Source: a virus. From it: a stretch of 64,000 nt of DNA. The stretch is from positions 32,001 to 96,000 of IMG/VR virus record IMGVR_UViG_3300045988_178965. One strand, 5' to 3'. Positions 20,907 to 30,270 of this stretch are shown here, piece by piece. The position numbers were made by a program, and so were the translations under genes. The notes under the pieces are model-generated. The model was given only the letters and a program-made list of their open reading frames with translations, did not search any database and had not been told where the DNA came from. The number at the start of each line of letters is the position of its first letter. Positions within the stretch are counted from its first letter, which is position 1.

Positions 20907-21618
20907 ATTGATACAAAGATTTATTATATGTATCAGTAGTAAAATATTTTAAAGGATCAACACGCCCAGCGAGACCTTTCCCTGGATGCTGAGTAGTTCT
21001 AACTTCAAAATGAAGATGAGAACCTCCAGCCATATCACGCATTGTCCTAGCATTACCAGAAGAACCGGTTAATGCAACAGCAGTTCCGGCTTTTACGCGC
21101 TGACCTTCTTTAACAAGAATGTCTTTAAGATGAGCGTAAACAGCAAATAAACCACTATCAAGTTTAATAATAAGCATTCTTCCATAACCATTGTCATCAG
21201 AAGATTTTACAAATGAAACAACGCCGTCATCAACAGCATAGCAACGGTAGTTATTTGGCACAGCAAGGTCTACACCTTGATGAGCTCTAGTTCCGCCATT
21301 GCGAACCATGCCAAAGCCAGCTGAACGAACAGATGCCAATTTAGCAGTTCTTAAAACATTCAGACCATGCTTTAGTGGTTGAAATTTAAAACCACCCGGT
21401 AAAGGCTTATAGCCGCTCACAGGAGCGTTTTTTACAGCAGGTGGAGCCTCAGTATTAACGGATGGAGAAACCTCTTCTACGATGCTTTTTTGAGCATCTA
21501 CAGAGGCCTCATTTACTTCTTCAAAAGAATCTTCTTCCAACTTGTATGGAATTTTAACTTCGGAGCTTTTATCGTTACCATGATGTAACAATCCTCCAAT
21601 AATATCAAAAATATTCAT
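20905..21618 (-). CDS. M23 family (LytM-like) peptidoglycan endopeptidase, probable lysis or virion-associated enzyme
   Basis: Carries M23 motifs HQGVDLAVP (HxxxD) and GSHLHFEV (HxH). The start is trimmed to MNIFDII (ATG at 21618, preceded by AGGAAAAAG) because the longer ORF overlaps the upstream gene. Confidence 0.8.
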   Translation of the reverse strand: MNIFDIIGGLLHHGNDKSSEVKIPYKLEEDSFEEVNEASVDAQKSIVEEVSPSVNTEAPPAVKNAPVSGYKPLPGGFKFQPLKHGLNVLRTAKLASVRSAGFGMVRNGGTRAHQGVDLAVPNNYRCYAVDDGVVSFVKSSDDNGYGRMLIIKLDSGLFAVYAHLKDILVKEGQRVKAGTAVALTGSSGNARTMRDMAGGSHLHFEVRTTQHPGKGLAGRVDPLKYFTTDTYNKSLYQ

Positions 21619-21643
21619 AGACTTTTTCCTAATAATGTAGGGA

Positions 21644-22369
21644 CTAATCCCAAATGTGAAATTTACTAATAAATTCTGCAGCGAGCGGCAAAGCCTGGTC
21701 ATACATGCAGTCATCTATTCCATATGATACCACATCTGGCACATCATCGAAGCCTATGGTTTCCCGCCTCCATATTAGAGAGTCGTATACAGGACCTCTT
21801 CTAAGAAAATCTCTAAATTCATATTCTAAACAATCTGGAAATTGATTAATAAAGAATGTACTGAATTTAAATTTTGCGTCATGATTATATTTTGGCAAAG
21901 ACCAGGTCATGAATTTATTTAGGGCATTATTCCAAAGTGTCGGCCAATTCTCTTCAAGTATCGACCAGTATTTTGAATTTAATTTGAAATGTACCCTTAA
22001 TTCAAATCTAAAAAGAATATCATCTCTTATTAATTTGTAAGAGCCTTTCCATTCCTTTTTAAAGACCTTATCAAAGACAAGATATGATCTTGTTAATCTT
22101 GACATTATTCGATTCATCTTCCTAGTATTCTTGAGTCCCATCATTAGCTCTTCTTGGCTAAAATCGGACAACTCATTAACTAAAGAAGATTTGAAAATTA
22201 ATTCATCTCCAATGGACTTATCTAAACATTTTTCAATCCTAGATGCTCTAGCCTTATTGCGCTTTTGTCTTTTCTCTTTGAATTGACGCTGCGCCTTGTA
22301 ATATGCGGACCAATCGGTAACATATGGGATTTGTCCATCGTATCTATTATTGATAGCTACGTCGTTCAT
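21644..22369 (-). CDS. hypothetical protein
   Basis: 241-aa ORF with a 4-nt overlap with the upstream small ORF. Confidence 0.5.
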   Translation of the reverse strand: MNDVAINNRYDGQIPYVTDWSAYYKAQRQFKEKRQKRNKARASRIEKCLDKSIGDELIFKSSLVNELSDFSQEELMMGLKNTRKMNRIMSRLTRSYLVFDKVFKKEWKGSYKLIRDDILFRFELRVHFKLNSKYWSILEENWPTLWNNALNKFMTWSLPKYNHDAKFKFSTFFINQFPDCLEYEFRDFLRRGPVYDSLIWRRETIGFDDVPDVVSYGIDDCMYDQALPLAAEFISKFHIWD

Positions 22370-22548
22370 AACTTCATAAAGCTATATAACGATGCCATAG
22401 GATTTTTGCCATAATTGCGTTGAAAAGTTTTTTCTTTACGAGTAAGAGTATCCAATGCAAAGTTGACAATTCTTTTAGCCAAGATAAGCATACTTTGGAA
22501 TGCTAAGATTCCAATGAACTTAGAGAGTGACAACATAAATATTACCAA
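22366..22548 (-). CDS. small hydrophobic protein (weak holin candidate)
   Basis: 60 aa with a hydrophobic N-terminal half (MVIFMLSLSKFIGILAFQSMLILA). It lies two genes upstream of the M23 peptidase. Confidence 0.35.
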   Translation of the reverse strand: MVIFMLSLSKFIGILAFQSMLILAKRIVNFALDTLTRKEKTFQRNYGKNPMASLYSFMKL

Positions 22549-22570
22549 GGATTACTTTGCTTGTATCTTT

Positions 22571-22822
22571 CTACGCTAATTTTGAAAGGCGAATCCTATA
22601 ACCTTTTAAATTAGTTTGGGCTGATAAAACAGGCTCAATACGAAATTCATATCCGCAACATCTATCATAACCAGTTATGAAATTCATGTCTGCAGAATCA
22701 TTCCAGGCCAGTTTCAAATCCCATTCAAGAGGAGTACCACAAATATGGCAACAACTCAAAAGTGCCTCTTCTATTGTATCGAATACGGCACCATCTTCAG
22801 CATCTATATAAACAGTATTCAT
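22571..22822 (-). CDS. hypothetical Cys-rich (zinc-ribbon-like) protein
   Basis: 83 aa with CCHIC..(31 aa)..CC pairs. Confidence 0.45.
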   Translation of the reverse strand: MNTVYIDAEDGAVFDTIEEALLSCCHICGTPLEWDLKLAWNDSADMNFITGYDRCCGYEFRIEPVLSAQTNLKGYRIRLSKLA

Positions 22823-23385
22823 AAAGATACCGCAGATTCAAAAACTTCTTTAAGAGAAACCAGATATCGAGAGGAGAAATCATTTTCCAAATCAATAACT
22901 CCATTAACGTTATCTTCAATTCCCCATTCTGACATATGCTCTAAGAATTTAGATTTTTTATGTTTATCACTAGAACTAATAATATTTATGACTAGTCCGC
23001 CATTATTAATAATATAATCGCGCTCATTATTAAATCTAATATCAGAGACAATGATAACATCGAAATCAGAATATCGTTCTGAAATTCTTTTGTCTAAAAT
23101 CTTAACCCATATATCTTCAGAGATCATGTGTCTACCCCAATCAGTACCGAGGCTCTGGAGAATTTCTCTTAAAGAAACTCCAAAACCGTCTATTGGGTCT
23201 TCTTTACTACCACGTCTATAAATATCATCAACATCAAAAATTGGTCTAACCATATCTCTAACAGCATCAGCAAAAGCAACCTTTGCAATTTTTAGGTTAG
23301 GATATTCTTGAATAATATGGTCGGCTGAAAAGTCTTTACCACTGTGGGCCTTTCCAGCGAAGCCCAATAAGAACGGTTTCTTCAT
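22819..23385 (-). CDS. deoxynucleoside monophosphate kinase (T4 gp1-like)
   Basis: P-loop GKAHSGKD. Other matches to T4 gp1 are ILQSLGTDWGR, IWVKIL and IIVSDIRFNNERD. Confidence 0.75.
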   Translation of the reverse strand: MKKPFLLGFAGKAHSGKDFSADHIIQEYPNLKIAKVAFADAVRDMVRPIFDVDDIYRRGSKEDPIDGFGVSLREILQSLGTDWGRHMISEDIWVKILDKRISERYSDFDVIIVSDIRFNNERDYIINNGGLVINIISSSDKHKKSKFLEHMSEWGIEDNVNGVIDLENDFSSRYLVSLKEVFESAVSL

Positions 23386-23417
23386 TTTTTATTATACCTT
23401 GTTCAACTTATTTATTC

Positions 23418-23609
23418 TTATCGAACTGGGTGTCCTTCTACAGCTACAATCTTGCAGAAGCCCCATGTGTCATCTACCTCTATATCTACATTAATAGTAG
23501 AAAAAGCAGAACGTATTGCATCTTGCTGCTCTTCATTGAACATAGCAGCACAATGATCCAAAGGAGGAATTTCTCCTTCTTCCATTTTAAATTTGCATCT
23601 TACTAGCAT
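23418..23609 (-). CDS. hypothetical protein
   Basis: Small ORF with the start moved to MLVRCKF (ATG at 23609, preceded by TAAGGGT). Confidence 0.4.
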   Translation of the reverse strand: MLVRCKFKMEEGEIPPLDHCAAMFNEEQQDAIRSAFSTINVDIEVDDTWGFCKIVAVEGHPVR

Positions 23610-23644
23610 GTTAACCCTTAGCAATATGTAGCTGTACAAACTAT

Positions 23645-23989
23645 TTATCGAACAATAGATCCTAAAATTTTAATAAGCATTGCTGCATCGCGCTTATGTT
23701 TATGAGCATCCAATTTTCGCTGATGTCTTTCTAAAACGGAGACATCATCCTCTTTATCGATAATGCTTGCCATAGTAATAGCGCCAATGAGCTTCAAGAA
23801 CTCTTCAAAGTCTTTTTGATCGCCATCCATATCCTCGCAATCAAACACTTTTGTTGGAACAACTTCTACAGGCTCGTCATCTTGGACTGCTCTTAAATAT
23901 CCAAGTCCGTTAACAGCTTTACTTCGTTCTGCGGCTTTATGAGCCGACATAATTTTGGCGATATCGCCAGGGGATACGTTTAAAATCAT
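23645..23989 (-). CDS. hypothetical protein
   Basis: 114-aa ORF whose start overlaps the nrdA stop by 1 nt. Confidence 0.5.
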   Translation of the reverse strand: MILNVSPGDIAKIMSAHKAAERSKAVNGLGYLRAVQDDEPVEVVPTKVFDCEDMDGDQKDFEEFLKLIGAITMASIIDKEDDVSVLERHQRKLDAHKHKRDAAMLIKILGSIVR

Positions 23990-26319
23990 TATAGTTTACA
24001 CGCTACACAATCGTCTTCATCGTCTGTGTTAGAATCATCCGGAATCTCAGTAATATTACCTTCCATAATATCAGAAGATTGACCATCATAGTTATTATTA
24101 TAATACATGGTTTTACCTCCTAATAGGTAATGCAGGTAAATATCCCAAGATACAACTGATGCGGGGACCTTGTTGTTAGGATAATTCTGTTTATTGTAAT
24201 ATGTATTAACAGAGATAGCCTGATCGGTATATCTCTGAATAACAGCATAAGTTTTAATTAATGCCTCATTTGAAGTATGATCCCAAATGCGGTCATATTT
24301 ATCTTTGAGTCGCGCCAATTCAGGCACTACAAATTTAGCTTGTCTATTCTTGCCGCCCTTAGAAATAATCAATTCTCGTATTGGTTCAATACCATTAGTA
24401 GTACCAGAACCGGAAATCTTAGCACTTGTTTCAGCAGGGAACATAGCAATCATAGATGCATTTCTAACACCATGTTTAGCAATTCTAGCACGGAGACTTG
24501 TCCAATCTAATTTCTCCTCATAATTAAATAAAGAGTTATACATAGGAGTAGTCATATCTTTTGGAAGTTTACCTTCCGCCCATAGCGTATCTTTGAATGC
24601 ATCACAGGCGCCACGTTCTTCAGCAAGATTAACTGAAGCACTAATAACTCCATAGGAGAAATGTTGCATCCATTCATCTAACAGTTCATAGCAATTGGAA
24701 TATTTTTTATCATTCTTAGCTAACCAATATGCAAGACCTGTAATACCAATGCCGATAGGTCTAAATAATCTGTTATGTTCCTCAGCAGCCGGGAAAGGAT
24801 GCTCTTGGAAATCTAGCAAATTATCAACAGCACGCATAGTTACATAAGCTACACGTTTCAAATCTTCGGGATTATCAAAAGCCCCAAAGTTAATACCACT
24901 CAAATTACATAAAGCAATCAATCCCTCTTGCTTGTATGTCTTACTTACAGGATCATAAGTTCGTGTAAGTCCTTGAGTTGGAAGAACAATTTCCTGGCAG
25001 AGGTTACTCTGCTTAATGGGATATTTGTCGGTATTATACATAGAATGGCGATTAATATTATCCGCAAACCCCACATATACTCGACCAGTACCAAATCTTT
25101 CTTCCACCAATAGGTCCATTAGGTGTCGTGCATTAATAGTGCCAACAGCCTCGCCTTTATTCATGGCTCTGGTGTAAGCATCATAAAAATGAGAATCAGA
25201 ACAGCTAGAATAAAAAGCATCATAAACCTCTTTAGAAATGTGTGGAGAGAACAAGCCAATATCTCTATTTTCTGCGGCGGCCTTAAGCATGAATCCGTTT
25301 AAAAATATAGAGTGATCAGAATGTTTCATTGATTCAGAATCCTTCTTCATATTGTTTTTATAAAGAAGTATTTCTTCAACATCTGGGTGCAGACCCCACC
25401 AGTTAAATGTTAGCGAGCCCTTCCGAATTGAGCCTTGACTGCATGACAATGCGCTATACTCAATAGATTTAGCGTGATAGAGAGCTCCACTATTTACAGC
25501 GGCACCATTTCTAATTGCCGCATTACGTTCTCTTAATTTAGATGAACCAATACCAAGGCCAGCTCCAAGTGTTGCATATTTACGGGCAGCAGTTGCTACC
25601 TCGCCAATAGAGTCGATAGAGTCATCAGATTCAATCAGAACACATGAACTAAAACTACGAGTAGGCTTTCTCAGATTTGCAATATGGGGAGTCGGTACAT
25701 TTACCCGTCCAAGAGACATATTGTCATAATGTTCTTTAACAAAACTTAGGCGATCAGTATAAGCATCGCCATCATCATTGATAAAATACATCATTGCTGC
25801 AACCATATACGAAATCTGTGGAGTTTCGTAATATTCTTTGGTTTTGGCATTCTTCGCTAAATATTTAGCCTCCCATTCGACAGCACCAGAGATAGAATAC
25901 ATCATATCTCTATTGTGATCGATTTGCTTATTCAGCCACTCTATTTCATCCTCAGAGTATTTTTCAAGAATAATCTTATCATACACTCCAAGTCTTGTAT
26001 TCTTCTTAATAACGGAAAGCAGATTCTTAGGCTCAAAATCGCCATAGACATATTTACGCATATTACAAAGAAGAATACGGCCAGCCACAATAGCATAATC
26101 AGGATGCTCTTCATCAATTAAATTATTAGCACTGGTTAACAATGCCCCATTAATTTCTTCAGTAGTTATCCCATCATAAAACATGATGTTGCTATTTACA
26201 GCAATTTCAGAAACAGAAACGTTATCCAACCCTGCACATACAAATCCCAGGAAAGAATTAATACGTTCAGGGTTGTAAGGAACAACATCACCATTTCTTT
26301 TGGTAACATTGAATCCCAT
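23989..26319 (-). CDS. nrdA: ribonucleotide reductase class Ia large subunit
   Basis: 776 aa. It has an N-terminal ATP-cone (VTKRNGDVVPYNPERI), an active-site region (CNLSGINF, PAETSAKISGSGTTNGIEP) and a C-terminal redox Cys pair (CVACKL). Confidence 0.95.
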   Translation of the reverse strand: MGFNVTKRNGDVVPYNPERINSFLGFVCAGLDNVSVSEIAVNSNIMFYDGITTEEINGALLTSANNLIDEEHPDYAIVAGRILLCNMRKYVYGDFEPKNLLSVIKKNTRLGVYDKIILEKYSEDEIEWLNKQIDHNRDMMYSISGAVEWEAKYLAKNAKTKEYYETPQISYMVAAMMYFINDDGDAYTDRLSFVKEHYDNMSLGRVNVPTPHIANLRKPTRSFSSCVLIESDDSIDSIGEVATAARKYATLGAGLGIGSSKLRERNAAIRNGAAVNSGALYHAKSIEYSALSCSQGSIRKGSLTFNWWGLHPDVEEILLYKNNMKKDSESMKHSDHSIFLNGFMLKAAAENRDIGLFSPHISKEVYDAFYSSCSDSHFYDAYTRAMNKGEAVGTINARHLMDLLVEERFGTGRVYVGFADNINRHSMYNTDKYPIKQSNLCQEIVLPTQGLTRTYDPVSKTYKQEGLIALCNLSGINFGAFDNPEDLKRVAYVTMRAVDNLLDFQEHPFPAAEEHNRLFRPIGIGITGLAYWLAKNDKKYSNCYELLDEWMQHFSYGVISASVNLAEERGACDAFKDTLWAEGKLPKDMTTPMYNSLFNYEEKLDWTSLRARIAKHGVRNASMIAMFPAETSAKISGSGTTNGIEPIRELIISKGGKNRQAKFVVPELARLKDKYDRIWDHTSNEALIKTYAVIQRYTDQAISVNTYYNKQNYPNNKVPASVVSWDIYLHYLLGGKTMYYNNNYDGQSSDIMEGNITEIPDDSNTDDEDDCVACKL

Positions 26320-26320
26320 A

Positions 26321-26635
26321 TTATTCGCCTTCTTGATTTAAATATTTAACCAATTCAATAACTTTGGCTCGAAGATCTTTGAACTCTACATGCTCATAAG
26401 AGCCTGTATCATCACGGTCAATAAAGATTTGAGGGACAGAGCGCGGCTCTGGCTTACCCATATCTTCAAACCGCTTCTTCATTTCATCCATTTCAGCTTT
26501 ACCGGCATCAACATAAGTTTTTTCAAAATAGAATCGCTTATGCTTATCAATATATTTAGTGCCGAGATTTTCTAAGATGGATGTAGCCTGTACACATTGT
26601 GGACAGCTAGATTTGGAATAAATCAAAATTTTCAT
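26321..26635 (-). CDS. glutaredoxin/NrdH-like redoxin
   Basis: 104 aa with a CPQC active site and a VPQIFI motif. It sits between nrdB and nrdA, and its start overlaps the nrdB stop (ATGA). Confidence 0.8.
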   Translation of the reverse strand: MKILIYSKSSCPQCVQATSILENLGTKYIDKHKRFYFEKTYVDAGKAEMDEMKKRFEDMGKPEPRSVPQIFIDRDDTGSYEHVEFKDLRAKVIELVKYLNQEGE

Positions 26636-27096
26636 TGACTTTTCTCCGTGCTATATTTGTTAAACGCGGATAGAATCTCTCCATAATTGGTTTGAGACTT
26701 ATCAATAATCCCACGTTCATAATCTGTCTTCTCTGCTTCTTGCGGAGCCACTTGCTCTTTTTCTTCACCATTCCAAGCTGTAACCCAAGGAATAGGATTC
26801 TTAGTAACAGATGGAATACCACATAGTTCTTCTAATGGCGGTAACCCATATTTCTTTAGTCTTGAGGTGGCCAAATAACACAAATACTCTTCAAGAATAG
26901 ACTGGTTAAATGCAAAGATTTCGCCTTCTTTGAAAAGATATTTACACCATTCAAGCTCTTCTGTTATAGCGTCACGCCATATTCCCTCCACTGCACGTTT
27001 AACCTCGTCTTCTTCAGAGACCATCAAAAAGTCAATATCGTCAACAGGTAAAATGCTTAGAAGATTATTTGTAATCGCCACATGAATGTTCTCATC
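26632..27096 (-). CDS. nrdB: ribonucleotide reductase small subunit, exon 2
   Basis: Reading upstream of the tracked ORF gives DENIHVAITNNLL, which completes the R2 motif ..IIKLINR|DENIH. The C-terminus NPIPWVTAWNGEEKEQVAPQEAE matches the E. coli NrdB tail. Confidence 0.85.
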   Translation of the reverse strand, partial: DENIHVAITNNLLSILPVDDIDFLMVSEEDEVKRAVEGIWRDAITEELEWCKYLFKEGEIFAFNQSILEEYLCYLATSRLKKYGLPPLEELCGIPSVTKNPIPWVTAWNGEEKEQVAPQEAEKTDYERGIIDKSQTNYGEILSAFNKYSTEKSQ

Positions 27097-27845
27097 CAGT
27101 AATGTTCAATAGGGTTCGCTACTTCCCTACCAGCTTATTAAGCTTCTGCATATCGCTATGCAGCTCAGACTATATCATTATCTCCGTATTGGAGATATCT
27201 GGCTTTTCGAGTGCCAATAGCTTGCACCCTACGCCTTTCGGCTAGTCGTTGCTCTACTTTTATTCGATTTAGGAAATTTGCCGTATTTTTCTGTAATATG
27301 GCTCCATCGTTTATGCCCTCTTATAAGAGAAACATATCTAGGATGTAAGGAATATAGCGACGCTATACTTTCGTTATCATATCCAGAAAGAAGTAATTCG
27401 CAAATCTTTTCAACATCAGGCTCAGTCAATTTTGACATAGCGTTTCTTGAGCCTAAATTTGTTTTAATACCGATTCGAAATGCATGCTTAAGATTTTCAG
27501 ATTTAGTAACTATTTCTAAATTAGACAAATCATTATTAGTCTTATTACCATCTATATGGTTAACCTCCATGCCAGGAGGTATATCGCCAATAAATGTTTT
27601 AACAACTAGTCTATGAACTAAACCAAGTTTAGAGCCCAGCATATAATACCCGGCCTTTGTCATACAATGTTTCATAAACTTGTTACTAATTTTTGAATAA
27701 ACACGCCCATCGGTGTAAACAATATATTTTCCTATATCTTTATATTTCATAGTTGTAAAAATAGATCAGGATTGTCTACTAGAGATGTCCCCTGAGTTAA
27801 CCAGATTTTCGACTAGGGTCGCCCCTAGAAGCCGCCATATTTTTA
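27097..27845 (-). mobile_element. group I intron in nrdB (749 nt) carrying an HNH endonuclease ORF
   Basis: The intron separates R|DE of the conserved ARDE(A/N)xH R2 motif. The 5' exon ends in U (CGT) and the intron ends in G (..AACATTACTG). Its core motif GGAGATAATGATATAGTCTGAGC plus a GCGA-looped hairpin are shared with four introns in dnaE. Confidence 0.75.
27229..27750 (-). CDS. intron-encoded HNH homing endonuclease
   Basis: 173 aa with an HNH motif (VNHIDGNKTNNDLSNLEIVTKSENLKH). It lies wholly inside the nrdB intron. Confidence 0.85.
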   Translation of the reverse strand: MKYKDIGKYIVYTDGRVYSKISNKFMKHCMTKAGYYMLGSKLGLVHRLVVKTFIGDIPPGMEVNHIDGNKTNNDLSNLEIVTKSENLKHAFRIGIKTNLGSRNAMSKLTEPDVEKICELLLSGYDNESIASLYSLHPRYVSLIRGHKRWSHITEKYGKFPKSNKSRATTSRKA

Positions 27846-29405
27846 ACGGTTAATGAGCTTGATAATACGTGCAAGTCCAGGTAATTTACCCATTTGTCCA
27901 AAAATAAAGCTACATGCAAAAGAAACCTGGAACCTGATAGACTCTAAAGCGTTAGCAGTATGCAATGCAAGCCATATAGCTCTTACAGCATCAATACGCT
28001 GGCATCTGCCCTCGTAATAATCTTGAACCTTTTGGATAGCATCATCATAGTATTTACAAATACTATCTTTACATTGAACAATTTCCTGAATATCCATAAC
28101 AGTGTCCAACGTCTCTTTCGGATTAACAAAAGATTGTTGGATGATATGAGTATAGGAGAAAGAATGTAAGCAATTACCGGTAACAGAAGGAATACCTTTA
28201 TAGCGAATAACAAATGCGCCGGTAGGAACAGTTAAACAATAGACTTTGCCTTCATATTGCTCATAGGTTTTCTCAACAAGGTCACCACGAACAGTATCTT
28301 CATCACTAACAAATAGAATATATCCACCTTCTTCTTCTTTAAATGTAGAATGAATTCCAGACATCAAAAGTAATGCTTGAATATCATCAATAATTTCTTT
28401 ACGCTCAACCCAAAGGTTATTTTCACCAGACTTCTCAACCATATTTTTAATTAAGCCAAGAAGCTGATAACCTTTAAGGTAAGTCATCGAAGAAAGAGGC
28501 AATACATCAGTAAGGCGATCACAATAGGCATCTTTAATTGCTCCGTCTAATTGAAATTCAATGCGGTCATCTAGTACAAAATTTGGTTGCGCCAGATTTG
28601 ATAACAGATGTGCGGCGTATTTGTTTCTTCCATAAAAATGAAGCTCATCAGGAATATTTTCATCTGTTTTAAGATGATATCCAAGAATGGTTGAATATAT
28701 TTTAGCCGCAGTTATTGCATCAAATTCGCCACTAAATTCTTCATCTTCAAAAGCAGTTCCAGTCAATGGTAAACTAATCAGTTCATGTGGTTCAAAATTA
28801 TCCGCTTCTTCAAAAGCAAAAGAATTCGAAGTAATGAATGGCATTCGATGAGCTTTGGTCACGAACTGTTCAAAATTGCCATCAACAGATTTAAAACGAA
28901 TAAGCTCTTCGTTCTTATCATAAATATGAATCTTTTCAGGGCGAGTCCAATACAAGCCTCTATTGGTAGAGCGATACTGCGCAACCATAGTTTCCACGGT
29001 TACATCTTTGATATCGAGCCATCCCTTATCAGTAAGAACTTCAGTCCCTTCAGCCAAACACTCAAATAGGGACCATGTTTGAATAACACATTCAAGACTT
29101 GGATCGGCAACAGCGGGATTAAATACCGCAGTAGGAGCACGGCCCATAATGGAATCCAATAAGATTTGACGCTTAATATTAGAAATAACAATATGCTCTT
29201 CAGCCTTTGTGAGTAGGGGGAAATTGGTCCTATCATTAGTCATATCAATTTCCTCTGGCCTCCAAATCTTTTCGAGCTGCATTGTAAATAGATCTAAGAT
29301 AACCTTATATCTAGGGTTGTCAAAGCGTTGGACCGTAGCTCCTTGGCTGCGGTCCAAAAATAACGTTTTAGGAAACAATTCGTTTCCAAATACTGTACCT
29401 GTCAT
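27846..29405 (-). CDS. nrdB: ribonucleotide reductase small subunit, exon 1 (contains an intein)
   Basis: The start is trimmed to MTGTVFGN (ATG at 29405, preceded by AAAGGA). The R2 iron-ligand motif is split as QTWSLFE-[intein]-CLHSFSYTHII. The exon ends ..ARIIKLINR. Confidence 0.9.
28173..29060 (-). mobile_element. intein (296 aa, probably with an endonuclease domain) in NrdB
   Basis: Begins CLAEGTEVLT, has block B VTKAHRM (TxxH) and ends SVTGN followed by Cys. Removing it restores E-x-x-H (FE|CLHS). The central part of about 150 aa is long enough for a LAGLIDADG-type domain. Confidence 0.85.
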
Positions 29406-29465
29406 ATTAATTATTCCTTTTGTAATTATTGTAATAGGAACATCTGAAATTGCATTTCGCAATTA

Positions 29466-30245
29466 AAGGACGGTTTGCAAAAACCGTTGCATCCTGCAGG
29501 CGCCGGCCGCGGGATGCATGAATTCACCTCATTCTTAAATTTGGAACAAATTTAAGAATTGATGTATCACGAACCTCGATTCGTATAGTAAAAACAATAT
29601 TGTCAAAGATCGGAAGGAATTCTTCCGCTTTGGGCCCGGCCTCACCTGGGGCCCAAAGGATCTGGATCAGGACGCAGTCCTGAAATTATTCTCTAGAATA
29701 ATTATCTAAATATTAATAGGCCTAAGCCCTTAAAGATAGAAGACCATAGAATCATCTTGACTTCGACAGAGTCTAGTCAACGAGCCACACGGCTTTAACA
29801 TGTTAGAATACCTTCTAACATGTTAAAATTAAATATACCATCAGCGTATATTTAATTTTATAGTCAAAGTATACTCATCCTAGGATGACAAAGACCGGAA
29901 GGTATGCTTCCGTAAATCCGGACAGGACCAGATCCTAGTCCTTCCGGACTCCGTCGGACCCTTCGGGACGACGGGCGCATTATTTTGGTAAAATAATGCA
30001 AGTTTATATTAATGGACCTCAATCCATTTCAAGGTCGGAAGGCATGCTTCCGCGAGGACGGGTGATCCCGGCCTTCGACGCAGCTCTGCAGCTCCGAATT
30101 ACCGCACGGAATTCGGACAGAGCTATTGGGTTTTTATAACAATCCTAAAATTGTATTGCCGACTCTTCCCTGGTCGGCCCGGGTGAAAGGAAAATCATCA
30201 TGCATTGTACTTAATTTAACTAAATCAAATACCTGGAGCTTAATC
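29466..30245. repeat. ORF-free GC-enriched array of about 20 inverted repeats/hairpins
   Basis: Perfect or near-perfect stems sit at 29470-29487 (GCAA loop), 29489-29517, 29531-29559 (12 bp), 29611-29627, 29628-29658 (10 bp), 29667-29683, 29684-29703, 29757-29780, 29794-29827 (15 bp) and 29825-29859 (14 bp). Further ones sit at 29875-29888, 29896-29912, 29918-29947, 29951-29974 (UUCG loop), 29977-29999 (10 bp), 30011-30028, 30036-30052, 30059-30070, 30082-30124 (nested) and 30158-30178. The motif cggaag-N5-cttccg occurs three times. Confidence 0.85.
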
Positions 30246-30270
30246 CAACGTCGCAATTATATTTTTATTT

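Noticed and set aside
26607-29466. Miscellaneous short ORFs overlapping nrdB, its intein and its intron on either strand (26607-26822, 27278-27616, 27960-28169, 27983-28213, 28785-29069, 29000-29236, 29209-29466).
   Set aside because: They overlap a strongly supported coding frame (NrdB, the intein or the HNH ORF) and have no motif support.
29489-29526. A 38-bp stretch packed with overlapping 6-8-bp palindromes (CCTGCAGG, GGCGCC, GCCGGC, CGGCCG, CCGCGG, ATGCAT, GAATTC) that looks like a synthetic polylinker or cloning-vector remnant.
   Set aside because: It is flanked seamlessly by phage sequence and is itself the loop and stem of a hairpin (gcatcc...ggatgc). It is one of about 20 hairpins in the interval, and hairpins with even loops create palindromic hexamers automatically. 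Roughly a dozen palindromic hexamers are expected by chance in 750 bp anyway. An artefact cannot be fully excluded without independent reads.
29611-30052. The three copies of cggaag-N5-cttccg considered as a CRISPR-like or regularly spaced repeat array.
   Set aside because: There are only three copies at irregular spacing (285 and 140 nt). The repeats are short hairpins, and the intervening sequence is itself made of other hairpins rather than unique spacers. No cas genes are present.
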